Below are positions 16,350 through 30,106 of a stretch of DNA of 64,000 nucleotides, piece by piece. The DNA comes from the human T2T-CHM13v2.0 reference genome, Homo sapiens. The number at the start of each line of letters is the position of its first letter. Position 1 is the first letter of the stretch. Location: NCBI RefSeq assembly GCF_009914755.1, contig NC_060932.1, one strand, 5' to 3'. Under the pieces are notes generated by a model. The model had not been told where the DNA came from and ran no database searches. It was given only the letters and a program-made list of their open reading frames with translations. The translations under genes and the position numbers were made by a program.

Positions 16350-17165
16350 ATACTTAGCAAATATTTGTCTACTATGTTCAGGACACTGTGCAATTCAGCA
16401 TAGAATCAGATAGCTACAGTCTCTGTGTGGAGCATACAGCAAATGGGATCTGACTCGAAGTCTATCTTTAATGTCAAAGAGTTTAAGGATGATCTTATCC
16501 AAATGTAAAGAAAGACATACAACTATGCAACAGGAATAAGTTGTACCACTAAATTGAGAGTTGAGAGAGAATTTTTCTAAGGGTAAGAGAAAAATCCATC
16601 CCACTATATGGGGTTACAAGATGCCAAAATATATATAATCCATAGTTAACGTTTTTGAAATTCTACACATATTGCAGTTCCTTTTCATATATCTAGACCA
16701 ATGCAGACCTGTGAAACGACAGTCTGGACAGAAATAAAGATTGATGAAAGCCTTCTGCTGCTCTACATACTGCAGTAGAAATCTGGAAAATAAGCGAATA
16801 TTTGGTACTGACAGGGAAAGGCCTGTAGAGCCACGAGTGTTTGAAATGTTCCAGAAACAACTGGGAGGAGAAGTGTGGCTGGAGTTCTGTGAGTAAAAAT
16901 GAGCAAAATAAGATAGAGGAGGTAAGATCAGAGAGGTATGGGGAAATGGGCCGATCATGTAGCCTTGTGAGCAACTGAAATAACTTTGGCTTTTATTCAA
17001 GTCAGTTATTGAAGAGTTTTTAGCAGTGCGGTGGTATGATTTGATGCATTGTTTTACAATGTCATTCAGTATGCAGTATTGACAACAGACTGAAAGGAGG
17101 CAGCAAAGGAGGAAGCAAAAAAACCAATCTGGGGGATACTACAATAATTAAGATGTTATGTGATG
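16350..17165 (-). mobile_element. L2 LINE fragments
   Basis: TGGCTGGAG..GTGAG, GAGGTAAGATCAGAGAGGT, GATCATGTAGCCTTG, CTTTGGCTTTTATTC. Confidence 0.7.
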
Positions 17166-18049
17166 TTTATGAAACAAAACCACCTTGGCAAATGAAATTG
17201 AGCCATACTCCATATTTACTTGAACTATGATTCTTCAGTAGAATTAAGAAAGTGGTCGTAAATGAAGATGGTCACATCTAAGAATAAACAGTGTGTGATA
17301 AATGAACAGATAAGAATTAGACAAAGGAAAAAAACAAATGATATCTGCTTTGGCTTGACTTTTTTTGGGTAAATGATGAAATTCTTTCCTGACTCAGAGT
17401 CATGAGACTTGCTCTTCTAGATTAACTGGAAAGACATTTACTATACTTCTTTGAATACTGTTCCACGACAGCTTTGCCTCTTCAAATTAACCTTTCTAGT
17501 TCTAGTGTAAAGTACTAGCCTTTGCTTACTCCTCTTAAAGAACTGGTCAGTAATGAAAGGCAACTATCCTTTTTTTTTTTTTTTTGACACTAAAGGAACT
17601 CCTGGTGCTGTATACAATTTTTCCTATTTCCAGCTTCAAAAGAACATAGTTACCACTATATGCATTCATTCATACATAGTGAAATACTGTGTACTGAAAT
17701 ATGTTCTGTACAACTTTGGCTAATTCTTGCCTTCTGCTTTTTTTACACAACAAAATAACTAAAATATTCAATGTTCTTATCTTGTAGTCCAAAGGTGCTT
17801 TGAGAGTATTCATTTGAACAATCAGATCTTGCTGTTGTCAGCTTAGTTACAACAGCTTACACTCTTCAAGGAGTAGTATTAAAATCACCTTTTCTAGGAT
17901 AAGGACAAAGCTTCTTTTGTTATTGCTATTTTGTTTCTCTCTTCTTTGGCATTTTGTTTTGAATCTCATTTCCTTGGATTAGGTGGTTTACATTCTCTAA
18001 GGATTATAAAGCTGAATGGCTTAAATTTTTCATGCATAAGGACAGAAGG

Positions 18050-18105
18050 GTGTGTGTGTGTGTGTGTGTGTGTGTCTGTGTGTGTCTGTGTGTATGTATG
18101 TATGT
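18050..18105. repeat. (TG)n compound microsatellite grading to (TATG)n
   Basis: Seen directly. Confidence 0.95.
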
Positions 18106-19129
18106 AGATACATATCCCACCTCCTACAGAAACACATATCTAGGTGAACTCACTTTAAATAAATGGATGCCTGGAAAGTACAATGTAAATCAAATCCTCT
18201 GAGAAGAAGCTCACAACCAAAAAGCATTACGCTGAAAGTCCTATTATAAAGAAAGGCTTCTTACAAGAAAACAAAATTACCTTATGATATTACCTTTTGC
18301 TTACATCTAGATTTTTTTATTTTTGGCTTAAAAATCACACATACAGAATTTACGTAAATAATACTCATTGAAATCTTTGGGCAAGGAATAACAACTTACC
18401 AAAATAAAATGCTTCAGGGATTTCATTTAGGCTGACTATCATCGTATAAAAATAATATTGGTCACAGTTTGATTATGCATTTCTTACAATGACATCCCTA
18501 TTCATTAGCACTGAGCACTATGAAGGTCACGTGAACCACCTTCTGCTCTGGAGAAGTAAAAATCTTGTTGAGGAACACATTTCAATAAGAAATAATTACA
18601 GAAGACAGAAATTAATAACACACTAACTGAATATAGAGAATAAATATAAAAATCACTAGAGAGAATCAACCAGAGAAGATGGGACATCAGGAAGATGCTA
18701 AGGAGGGAATATTTGGATAGGCAGGACTCAAGAAGCTACCCCCAGACATTAAAATTTAGGAGAAAATAAGTGTTGATGGGCAAGGGTTGAGGAGATGAAG
18801 ACGCTTCTAAATTGTGTAGAGTTTGTAATAAACGAAAGTAGAAAATCAACTTTTATTAATAAGAGTGAGATCAAACAATGAGCAATACTAAAAATATTTG
18901 AAGAGACAGTCAATAAGGAGCAAAATATGAAAAATAATGATGTGTATATTGAAGAAATGTTGAAACGGCAGAAAGATCAGATATGGGGTAATGACATTAA
19001 TTTAGAAGTAAAGGCAGTCTAGACTAAGTAAGTATAGAGGAGAAATTAGGAGACCAATAAGCAGTCATTGGCACTGAAAAACAGAATTCCAGGCTCTGTC
19101 CTATGTAAGTGTTCTCATATCCTTCTGTG

Positions 19130-19540
19130 ACATTCACAAGTGGAACATCTGTATGAAGCCTCTCACCCACGTGTCCACCTTGAAGACTAGAATGTAATTT
19201 GCAAGAAACCCAAGTGTAGCCTATTTTGTTCACTGCTACATAGCCAGTGCCTAAAATAATATCTAGCCTACAGTATGAGTGCAATAAATATTTCTTGAAT
19301 ACTTACCATTTCAAAATATAGTTGAAAGTCTACTTTTCTTTTGAAACTTTTCTCAATTATTTCAGGTAACAAAGTAAAAAGTTTAGTGGGGAAAACATAG
19401 GTTTTGGAATCAAGTAGATCTGTGTTCAGCTACTGACTACCTCTCAGAAGTGTTTCAAAAAAACTTTTCTGACTTTCATTTTTTAAATTTGTAAAACAGA
19501 ATGTTACCCATCTTTCAGTGTTTTTATGAGGTCAGAGACA
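19130..19540. mobile_element. L2 3' end followed by MIR remnant
   Basis: TTGTTCACTGCT...CCAGTGCCTA...CAATAAATATTTCTTGAAT, then TTTTGGAATCAAGTAGATCTGTGTTC...TGTAAAA. Confidence 0.6.
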
Positions 19541-21907
19541 CATAATGGTTATCCAATCTGTGACAACTATTAGCTAAGAGCCAGATATCATTCAATCATG
19601 CTTTCTTTACATCTATCCAATGTTGCATATGTCTGAATTATAAGATTATCACTTTATACTAGATAGTAACATGTCTGTTTTTTCTCCCTCCATACGCAAA
19701 CTTATTGCTGTACCACCCACTTCTTTAACATGCCTAGAAATTTTGTCTCAAAATTCATTACAACTCCAATCTCAGTAAAATTTCCTGTTTGATTAGACTT
19801 CAGTACTTTATCTTTGTTTCAGTGTCATTACTTTTACTCTTACGTATTAAAAGTATTAATGTTCAAGTTTGTCTTCATTCCTGAAATATGAGCTGTGCAG
19901 ACAGGATGCTAGTTTCCATTCACACATTCTTGATGCCTAGGAAAGTACACTGGACACACAGACACATTTTATCAAAGATGAGATAAAAACAAAAAGTATG
20001 AAATTATGTGACAAAACGTTCTCTAGGCAAATGGATATTACAAAGAACAAAATGCCTATTAGAAGATGTTATCTTCCAGAGAAATTATTCTTAGAAAGAA
20101 AGCAATAATTCTTGGAATTATTGACAAAATGAAAATTGGGCAGATTTTAGAAACTCTGTCCTGTCAGGAATTTTGATAAAGGAATTCAAGATAACCTCAG
20201 AGTTTAAGGAAGCAGGCCTTAGTTATATTTTTTATATACCTGTTTTGATATTGGAAATAGCAGCTATTGCATTCTACTTGAGAGTCTGATCCATGTACTT
20301 TTTATCAGTTCCTGATTTCAGGAACCAGTGATCACAGGACCTTATTTTGTTAGTCAACAGCACTTACTAAACTTTTACAATGTGCAGAGCAAAGAGGCTG
20401 TTGAAAGCGATCACTAGATATGAAGACACCAGGCTCCTCTGAAATCAGCAACCTACTTAGATAGACAGGAATAATGAAAAAATAATGTACCCAGAGTCAA
20501 TTTCACATCATATTCTCAGATAAGGTTGATGTTTTGGTGTTATTATTATGGTATCAAGGTATAAAGCCTGCAATGTTGAAATTCTGCCAACCCTTCAGTT
20601 TTCATCAGGTGTCTTTTAGAATAAACAAAAGATTGCACTTTGAGTTCATTTCAACTAGTTGCTGTGGGCTTAGCCACAATGAGTAACAATATGAGTAACA
20701 CAGAGTAACACAATGAGTATCAAAAGTAAGATTTTCTTTACTCTTTGAATCTAAGTTTATTAAACTACTTGAAATAGAATGGCGATATCAAATTACGTAT
20801 TGCAGGGCAGTTATAGAATTCAAAAATCTATTCATGTGCTTGAAGAAACACATTGATTTTTTTCCTGGAAAGCATGATGCTTTTATGCATATTATATCGA
20901 ATCCAGATCTTATTTTTCAAAAAAGAAAATAGAGTATTTTATCTAGTTAAAATTATACGAAATCTGTATTTTTAAATGATAGCTTCTGGTGGACAGAAAA
21001 TTACATAGACAGTATGTAAGTAGAACAGCATTGGATTATTTATTGATTTATGTCCACCAAAACTGACAGCACATTGTTTTATTTTAAAATAAATAATATT
21101 GGCAAAATGTGGCTCTTTTAATACTCTACTGCCAACATACAAACTTACTTTCTTAATCTTTAAGACTGGCTTACAAATACTGAGGGGAAAACTATTTTTC
21201 AGTATTATATTCACCTTCCAATATCACATAATTTACTTTTGATATACTGTTTATTAGTGTTATTTTCTGAGACCCCAACATTAAAAGTATTTTTGCAAAT
21301 GTAAAATTAGTTTCAGCTTGTAGCCTTTTAAAAAAATAATATAAATTAGTTAGATATAACTGCCTAACAATATCAAAACAATAACATTCATATGTAAAGT
21401 CAAAATGATAGCCTCATAGAGGAGATTTAACTCAAATGGCTACCCGTGGACCCCAAACAAAATGATCAATGCTCTTCCTGTAAAACAATGCTTTAGTAGT
21501 CAAATGAAATTACAGGGATCTCATAAAGATATGTAAACCAAAGATACAATAGCTGCAGTATGCCTGGAAGTGCCTAAGCTCCCAAGCAAATCATCCCTAT
21601 TAGTTCCTATTCATGATTCAAATTATGCTATTTTATCTCTTCATAACATGCAGCATTTTTTTTACCCTCACATTTTAGGCATTTTAGCTTCTGCTGACAC
21701 GAATGCATTCCCAAAATAGAACGTTACAGCAATCTTCTGCTAGACATTTAAGCCCATTTGTGCATTTATTTTTTAAAATGCTTTTTTTGAACTTTCTAAC
21801 TGTGAGAGGGCTGGGAAGGTAGTGTTAGAATGAATGAGAACTTGTTTTCTAAAGCAACACTAGACACTTGATCTACTGTTAAAAAAAAAAAAATCACAGT
21901 CTCCTAC

Positions 21908-22119
21908 CTTGAAAACAAACATCTCACGACGAAGAATAGCTAGAGTGTTAAAGTTCCCATCACAGATGTTGGGTTTGGCTCCGGGATAGGAGGGTCTGCC
22001 GGTTGGAGGCCGAGGAGGTTTTGGCCTGTCATTTTTCCTTGGGTCAGCCGGAGGAATAGAGCGGTGTGGGGGCACTGTCGGTAGAGGTCTTGTAGGTGGA
22101 GGAATCTTGTCAGGTGGAC
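21908..22119 (-). CDS. MMP16: MMP16 coding exon, probably exon 6: Pro-rich hinge and start of hemopexin domain
   Basis: Translates (G)PPDKIPPPTRPLPTVPPHRSIPPADPRKNDRPKPPRPPTGRPSYPGAKPNICDGNFNTLAILRREMFVFK, which matches MT3-MMP as recalled. Acceptor caaaag|GT at 22120/22119, donor AAG|gtagga at 21908/21907. 212 nt. Joins the preceding exon in frame (G+GT = Gly). Confidence 0.97.
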
Positions 22120-24100
22120 CTTTTGAAAATATGAGGACAGTGCTTGGCTCACTTAAAACTGGAATAGAGCTGGAAAATATGCTACAGAGAACAATCACTT
22201 ATCAGCAGAAGGCACAGACTAACTGAACTAAGAGGTCTTTAAGATCGTATATTTTCTGAAAAAAACAAAATATCTTACCCAAAAAAGCATTGCCAAGCCT
22301 ATCTGAAACCGTCCTTATCATGCTAGCTTCTGGATCCAGGTAGCTAGGTTTTCTTTGTTAATTTTTAATAATATTTTTCATAGCTTCACCACAGTTATTT
22401 TTGGGAAAGCTGCCTTCAGATCTTTTTTGGAAGTAGGTGGTATATAAATAATAAATAAATGAAAAGGAATACTGGAGCCATGTAAGTAAGCTCCAACAAA
22501 GTTAATCCTAGATTTCGATAGATAATGATTCTATTCAAATATTTCCAAAAGATAAACGTTAACTAAGCAAAGTTTATTCTATCCAATGTGTCAAAACTAT
22601 TTGATATTCTTTTATTGATTTTCACTGTTTTCTTCTAATGAAATATTTTGACAAATTGCTGGAAGAGTGTTTCCTCTAAGTCGTGAATCTAAAATACCTA
22701 TTGATTAAAATATCACCAGTAAAATATTAATGTGAAGAAGTATTTCTCAAAAGAGGCTTCTAAATCAAGCCAAAGTTTACACATGTAATTTGGTACAGAT
22801 GTAAAGCATCATTCTCAAGAGATTCATGTTTTTAAAAAGAAATGTAAAGCTGTTTGCACTTAATATTTAGGTATGGGAAGAATATTCTTTTGCAGACCTT
22901 CAGTCTAGACTACTAATTCATGAGGTCATGAGAAAGAGACTTCTTTCAGTGAACCACTTAAGAAGAATTTCTGATGACACACACTTAGAAATAGGATAGC
23001 TCAATTCAACATAAGAGATATTTAGCACTGAGTCAGACATTTCTCTCTTCTTGGTATCCCAGCAAACTAAAGAGCAGCACAAAAACTGACCTTTTTTTAC
23101 AAATCTATTTTACCCCTGAGAGAACACTTACCACTGAGTTATTAAAATTAAAAAAAAACTAATGAATGCAAAAACGAATTAGTGAACTTAAACTATGCTG
23201 CTTAAAAATGCAAAAGACATCTATCTTCTGGATACTGGATATTAACATACAGATAGCACACATTTGTCTTTGTATCATAAAAACAAAAGCTTCACTTCAT
23301 TAATTTAGTATAAAGCATATTTGCTATATGTAAATTATAAATGTCAAGTTCTTTGCAACTATGTGTGAAATAAATGTCTTTATAAAGGTCAATGGTTGTA
23401 TGAGGAAGTTACGATTATAGTAAATATGCATAATAGTCTTTCCCCTTTTCTCTTAATTTGCATTCATTGAGTGAATAAAAATGACATTACTATACTAAAA
23501 ATTTGTTTTGTACTCTGTATTAATAAACTTCACCACTTGTTAATTTCACTCCCTTGTTTGTTAACTCTTACTCTAGGTCAATAAATCATTATATGACTTT
23601 GGGGTCAATTTCTTGCATCTATCACATAAGGGTATTTTGTGGGCCTTCAAAAGTGTTTTGTCTAGGAAATACCTAACATCAAATCTCACAAACTATGAGT
23701 CAATCTGTCAGTTTGTAGAAAAGTCTCAGCATTTTATTTATGAAAGTCTTATATTTTTCCTTGTTTTTTTTTGTTACATTCATTTATTACATATTTTTAC
23801 CTGAATTTTAAAAACTAAAGTTTATTAGAACTTTGCCATAACTGCAGGTTTTTCAACCAAACTCAGTAAGTAAGAAAATTTCATCAGTGCTTAACATGTT
23901 CCCATAATCTATACATTAAGATACCTGGGACCTTTGCCAACAAAATTCAGTTGATAGAATAATTTTGCCAGTAGGCCAGCTACATACTTTTTCTGTAGTC
24001 ATCTGTGTTATACTTAGAGCATCTATCTCAAAGAAGAAAACACAGCAGAAATTCTGGACTTCACTATCGGATTAAGCAAATTGAAACAGTAGTAACCTAC
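22120..24100 (-). other. MMP16: MMP16 GT-AG intron between the two exons (1981 nt)
   Basis: Begins gtaggt and ends aaaag on the minus strand; phases match. Confidence 0.95.
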
Positions 24101-24262
24101 CATATATCTTCTGGATGCCCTGTAAATCATCATTAGGTAGTTTGAAGTTGTCTGTTTCCATGTACTGGTAAAATGGAGCCATGATGGCAGTGGGGTCATT
24201 GGAATGCTCCAATCCCAGAGCATGTCCCAGTTCATGGACTGCTACAAGAAATAAGTCATTTC
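24101..24262 (-). CDS. MMP16: MMP16 (MT3-MMP) coding exon, probably exon 5: catalytic-domain C-terminal part
   Basis: Translates (G)[53 protein letters not shown](G), with the metzincin HExxHxxGxxH motif and Met-turn (AIMAP). Acceptor cacacag|GA at 24263/24262, donor TATG|gtaggt at 24101/24100. 162 nt, phase 1-1. Confidence 0.97.
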
Positions 24263-24599
24263 CTGTGTGAACAAGAAGAAAATAAGTTTTTGTAACTAAT
24301 ATCCAAATACAGAATTGAAAAGGACAATTTGGTATTATCAACATTTTACCCAAGAAAAATAGGAGGTACTCTTTCCTTCAACTATTTGTATGGTTTCATC
24401 ACTGGCTTTCCTACTGGCAAAAATCCAATAACCTTTTTTCAAAAAAGGGTCAAGGGAAGAGGTGGCGGTGATAAAGTCACAGAGATTTAGAATCCAAAAG
24501 GGAAGAACAAAGAATAAAAGTTGAAGAGCAGCAGCATTGGAAACTGATAGTACTCCTGTCAAAATACTCTTCTAATTATGAAACACATAACGTGAAACA

Positions 24600-24785
24600 T
24601 CTTACTTTTATATGTCTCACATTTAATATGATTCTAACAACTTAGTAAAAAATATAGGGCAGATACTGTCCTTACTTTTACAAAGATGAGTAAATTAAGG
24701 CATGAAGATGACAAGTCTTGTCAGGAACAGCAAAGAGCTGAGATTGGGACTCAAGATATTTTGACTCCTAGACTAAAGCTTTATT
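24600..24785 (-). mobile_element. MIR
   Basis: TTTTACAAAGATGAGTAAATTAAGGC...AGAGCTGAGATTGGGACTC core. Confidence 0.55.
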
Positions 24786-27700
24786 TTTTTGCTAGCATAG
24801 AATAAAGAAACACAATAATGTAAAATAAAATCTATAGGCTATTAGTCATACTAACTAGAATTATAGTCCTAGCTCTATAAATACCAATTCTAATCTTTTC
24901 ATATGTAATCTGAACAAAATACATTTATCTTAAGAGCTGCTGTTTATCACTGAAAATTTCCACCTGTGGTAAACTTGTACAGTGAAATCTATTGAGTAAA
25001 AACTCTGCAGAGATATTTGGTGTGATTTTATGCAATCAACCCCGTTGATGACTTCTACATTTTGTTCAGTCCTGGATCATCATAACCATATGCATTATGG
25101 GAGAAAAAGGTGGTCTTACATCTATATTTTTAATGCTAAAAATTTACTTGGACAACGTGGTGTATCAAATAGCTGGGGCTGTTACATTTCTAAGGGTTAT
25201 GTTTCTAAGTGAAAAGTTTAATGTGATTGAACATGAAGGCTAATATTTCACATGAATACTTGCCACAAATGCAAATATTTAATAATTTCAAGCATCATTT
25301 CTATGAAAACTCCTTTCCAACCACTTTTATAATGTACTATAAGAATTGCCTTCAGAAGACTATTTTTTGAACCCAAAAGCCAGGCGAAAAACCAACATTT
25401 TTTCTACTCTGGAGTAGTCTGTCACAGAGGAATAGATGAGATCATGAGACTGACTCTTCATATGACATTAGCATAGCAAAAATGAGCCACTGACAGTACT
25501 TCCTGTGGTCTACCTGATTAAAAATACTAATAGAGCATGGTTACTGGGGGTTGTCTAGGGAACATCATAGTCATAGGAGGAAGAAAAAAAAGAAAACAGA
25601 AGGAAGGAGGAAGTTATTCATGAAGAGTTACATAACTATGACAGTGTTTGGAAGTATGTAATTTAGGGAGAAGACTACTAAGGATTGTGCCTTAGGGGGC
25701 ACTCACAGGTGAGAGGATCATTGGAAAGAAAAGAAGCTATATTCATTTTTAGATATGGAACATCTAATCCCAATGCTAAAATGAACATCTTTGTAATTTC
25801 AAATCAGAGACACCTTAGTTAAAATACAAATCTGATAACCATGTGGCTTACTGCTACCCTAAATAACATGTTAAGTGGAAGAAGGATAGCTTCGGAGCAT
25901 GCCCACACCCAGAAAACATGGGTCAATTTTGGCTGGAGTATGCTATCAATGGGCTAAGTGAAAGGATATTTTCACCAAGAGCAGACTGAATGGCAAAACA
26001 AAGATTTATCAAGCAGACAAAGGAGCAAAAGAAGCCCAGGCAGTCTAACGAACAGCAGAAAACTCAGGAATTGGTATTCAAGTTCACCATGAACAGCCTA
26101 GTCACACATGAACTCAGTCAGAAGACAGTGCTGACTCAGAAAATAGCTTCAGAAACTCCTGGCCTTCTTTTAGCAAAACTGATGCAACTTCTTGGTCAGA
26201 CAGTCCCAATGTAGACTTACAGGGATTATATCTTGTTTTAATCTTCACAGGGAAAAAAAAAATTCCAAACTTCATCCCCTCCTCCTTGCATATCAGGTCC
26301 CCTTCACTAGAAAAAACAGACCCTGCTGTGTTCCTAAACACATAGGAAGTCAGTCTTACTCTTATGCAGATAAATATTGCTTTCAGTCAAAACTAAAATT
26401 TTGGCTAGGAGCCTAGCTGAATTATTAAAGGTACTTCAAACCTCTCACAAGAAAATAGTCTCTTGCTCTCAGTTTTTTTTTTTTTTTTTCCGTTTTTGGC
26501 TAGAAAGAGGAATACAAAAAGACAAAAACAACACAGACATAATAGCAAACAGGTCATAACAGCCAAAGCCATTCTGTTTCATGTATCTGTTCGCTTCAGA
26601 TCATTCATATTTTCCTAAGCATCGTTTCCAAGGGTGGAGTCATTCCTTGTCTCAGGAATAAAGTAAGGCTTTAGAAGAAAATTAATAGAACCAGGATATG
26701 AACTTACGACCTGCCGAGTACTCTACAGCACTTTTAATCAGAAACATTGGCCAAGGGCTCCAAGTAATTACCATTCTTCAGATGATTGGCAATAATGTAA
26801 TTAAACCTTACTTGCAGCTTCACAATAGTTTAAAAGGGTAAGTTGTTCAATAAAGTACTGCCCTGTGATTTGAATTCCACTAGGAACAAAAGTTGTTGGC
26901 ACATGACAAGCTTCAGACAATTAAAATGCACTGGACCTCTTTCCAAATGATGAAAATAATAACTGCTGCTGTAACTTATCATTAATTCACATTATTCAAA
27001 ATCCTTAATTGTAATATGCCTTGATTTTATCACCAAGCAGGCAACAAAGGAGAAATCAGTCTCTTGGTTCTTAATACAGAAATAGTACTTGCTTCTTTTG
27101 CAAGATTTTGAGTTTTGAGTTCGTTGCTTTCAATTGTATCCATAATCTCCTTTCCTTTGTATACTCCAATACAATGTTAGAATATTAAACTATATTATGA
27201 AGGATAATGAATTATTTGTCATTTCTTTGTCATAATTATGTCTATATTTTATTCCAAGTTCCTTCACCCTTCCATGCATTTTCAGATACTGTCTTCTCCG
27301 CTGACATATCCTGAATGTTAAAAAATGATCATGTAATATTTTATACATACAAATTGTTATGGAACATTTATAATCCTACTAAAATATTTGGATATCACCA
27401 GCATCACTGAATCTCTCTCTGATGTTTCTGTGATCCCAAAACTTTGGCTCCTCCATTCCTTCAAGAGGTCATCACTACCCGGAGTTCTGAATTTCTCATT
27501 GCACTGCTTACATTTTTGTTAAATGTATTTTGGTATATTTTGCCTTGCTTACACTTTTATCAAATATGTATGTTTCAATGAATTACAGTTTCCCCTAGTG
27601 TTGTAGCTTTGCAAAGTTTATCTTTGCATGCTGTCTTCTAAAACTTGTTGAAACTCAGCATTTTTTTTCCTAATATATATCTTCTATCTTGCCTCTGTCA

Positions 27701-28125
27701 ATTGTGCAAGATCTTGTTAATATTTTAAAAGAAAAATCAAAGTCATCTCCTCCATGAAGCCTTCTCCAAATTCCCAGGTCAATTCTGTCCCTCTACATCT
27801 GTGTATACTTGGCCTTTCATATATAACTTGATTGTAACACATACCATAATTGCCCTGAAAACTTCTGATGCTCTTAATATTCACTTGTAGGTTAAAAGAC
27901 TGACAGAATAAATTTGAACAGATTTCTAATTTTAAATATATAAATACTTAAAATAGTACAGTCCATATCTAGAAATAAAAATCAGAAATCATCACCAAAC
28001 ATGTGATTAGTAGAAATTTCTCCAGTGCTTAGTGGATAGATAGGATGGAATAGGTCTTCTCAACCTGCAGCCCTATCAGACTATGTGTACAGTTGGTTTC
28101 TCTAGTTGAGAAGCTAAAGAGATAT

Positions 28126-28545
28126 GTGGGAGCCAGCCTCCGAGATGACAACAGTGATCCTCACCTCCTGATCTCACACTCACATTGTATCAGGGTTTTA
28201 TCAGTTTGCCACAGCAAAATATGGCAGAAGTGATGGTATTTGACTTCTAAGGCGAGGTCATACGATACATCCATGACTTCCATCTTATCTCTCTCTCTCT
28301 CTCCCCTCCTCCCCCCACCCCTGCCTCCTCTACAGCCATATGAGTTAGCTTGGAAGTGAATTTTCCAACCCCTTCATATGAGTGCAGCCCCGGCCAACAT
28401 GGATATCCATGAAATAACTCTAGCCAGAACCACCTGGCTAAGCTGCTCCTGGATTTCTAACCTTCAGAACCATGTGAGATAATAAATTGTTGTTTTAAGT
28501 TGCTGGATTTTGGGGTAATTTTTTATTTAGCAATAGATAAATGCT
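28126..28545 (+). mobile_element. MaLR LTR (MLT1D/E/F-like)
   Basis: TGTGGGAGCCAGCCTCCGAGATG start; end GAGATAATAAATTGTTGTTTTAAG..TTTGGGGTAATT..AGCAATAGATAA. Confidence 0.75.
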
Positions 28546-29689
28546 GTGGGGTATTTTAGCACTCTATCTCCTCTCCATTTGGTTAGGATTAAGAGGTGAT
28601 TCTAAGAAAAAACTGAACAGTAGAAAGGAAGCTACTTTGAAGCATGTGAGTGTTTATACAGCACTTCTGAAATAAACAAGGGATTAAAATATTGTCCATT
28701 CCAACCCCCTCTACAAAACCCAAAAAGCTTGGTATAACTCTTGGTCTGAAGGAACGTCTGTGATTGAAAATTTCCAGAGGTAGATGTATCATCTATTTTC
28801 TTGTCTCCTGTGTTTTTTCAAATCTGAAAAACTTGATACTTTTGTTGTACCTATGCTATTACTCTCTTTGCACTTCGCTGAAAAGAGGGCCACTCTCTTG
28901 GTGGTCAGGAAAACGTGGTTCCTGCCAGAGAACCAGAGAAGTCTGACAGACGGGTCTGAAAAAATAACATAAAATACTATTTATTCAGCATCTATTATGA
29001 ACTATAAATGTCACTGAACTTGTTACTGAAACATCATGACCTAAACATCATTACTCCTGCTTTACCAGTAAAGCTCTCAGAGGCTATGGAACTTGCTCAG
29101 TCAGCCAGCCCATAAGAGGCAGAGTTGGTATTTACATCCTGGGGGCACAGGTCACCTAAAAAGAGTTAGGTCATAGCTTTGCAATACAGAAGCTGAGAGA
29201 AGCTGATCTTGGGTGGATTTTCACGCATCTCTTTCTGACACTACTGCTCTTCCATGGAGCCTCCAGTATCTCAAAGTGCTCTCTCTTGCCTTCTCCCTGC
29301 CCACCATCCCTGCCCTCAACATTCCACCTAGGCTGGGCTGCTCCCCTAGTGCCTCAAACTCTAGAACCATCCCTCAGTCCTTTCTCTAAATGCTTTTCCC
29401 CAATTGAGTCAGACATAGTTTGACTATGAAAAATGTTTATTGCAATCATTTTTACTTAGCATTGATGAGTAAATTTCTTGCAATGCACTTGCGAGTAGCA
29501 TTTACGTGTGTCAGATACATTTTATTGAGATTTATTTGATGACAAACCAATTTATTTTTATATATGCTCAGACCTTTGAAGTCTTTTGTTGTACACAGGA
29601 CTATTATTATGCCCCAACACTTGCAGAATTAAAAAAATAGTTTTTATAATCTGTTATGCAAGTGATAGAATGAAATATCAGTTAATAGT

Positions 29690-29880
29690 CATACGTGCCA
29701 AGTAGAGTACTAGGTACTTAATGTGTTAGTTCATCTACTCTCTGCCATATTAATTAGGTTTTATTATTATTACCATTCTACAGACTGAGAAACTATGACT
29801 TTCATTGACAATGGAACTTGACCAAAGTTACAGAGTAAATAGCAGAAACTTATGTAAGCCCCCATATAGTCCAGGTCCAC
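29690..29880 (-). mobile_element. MIR
   Basis: CCATTCTACAGACTGAGAAACT...AACTTGACCAAAGTTACAGAG. Confidence 0.55.
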
Positions 29881-30106
29881 AACCAAGAACTTAGTGTGCT
29901 AAGAAAACGCACTTCTCCACTTTTTCCGTAGCCCTAAACATCTTTTCAAGGCTCTACTGAGCATCCTAGGAGACGATGGCCACCCTGTCAAGCCACCTTC
30001 AAAGAACACAGCTGCTGCATAGGAGCTCTTTGTAGGCATCTGTAATAACAGTATTTCTTTTTTCCACTGAACTAATAATAAACTTAATATTTTAAAACTT
30101 AGGAAG

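Noticed and set aside
20103-20123. Short inverted repeat CAATAATTC-TTG-GAATTATTG
   Set aside because: 9-bp AT-rich arms are plausible by chance in 64 kb.
21860-22198. 112-aa ORF and the 93-aa ORF at 24072..24353 as standalone genes
   Set aside because: They are the MMP16 exons read through into intron; canonical splice sites delimit the real coding parts.
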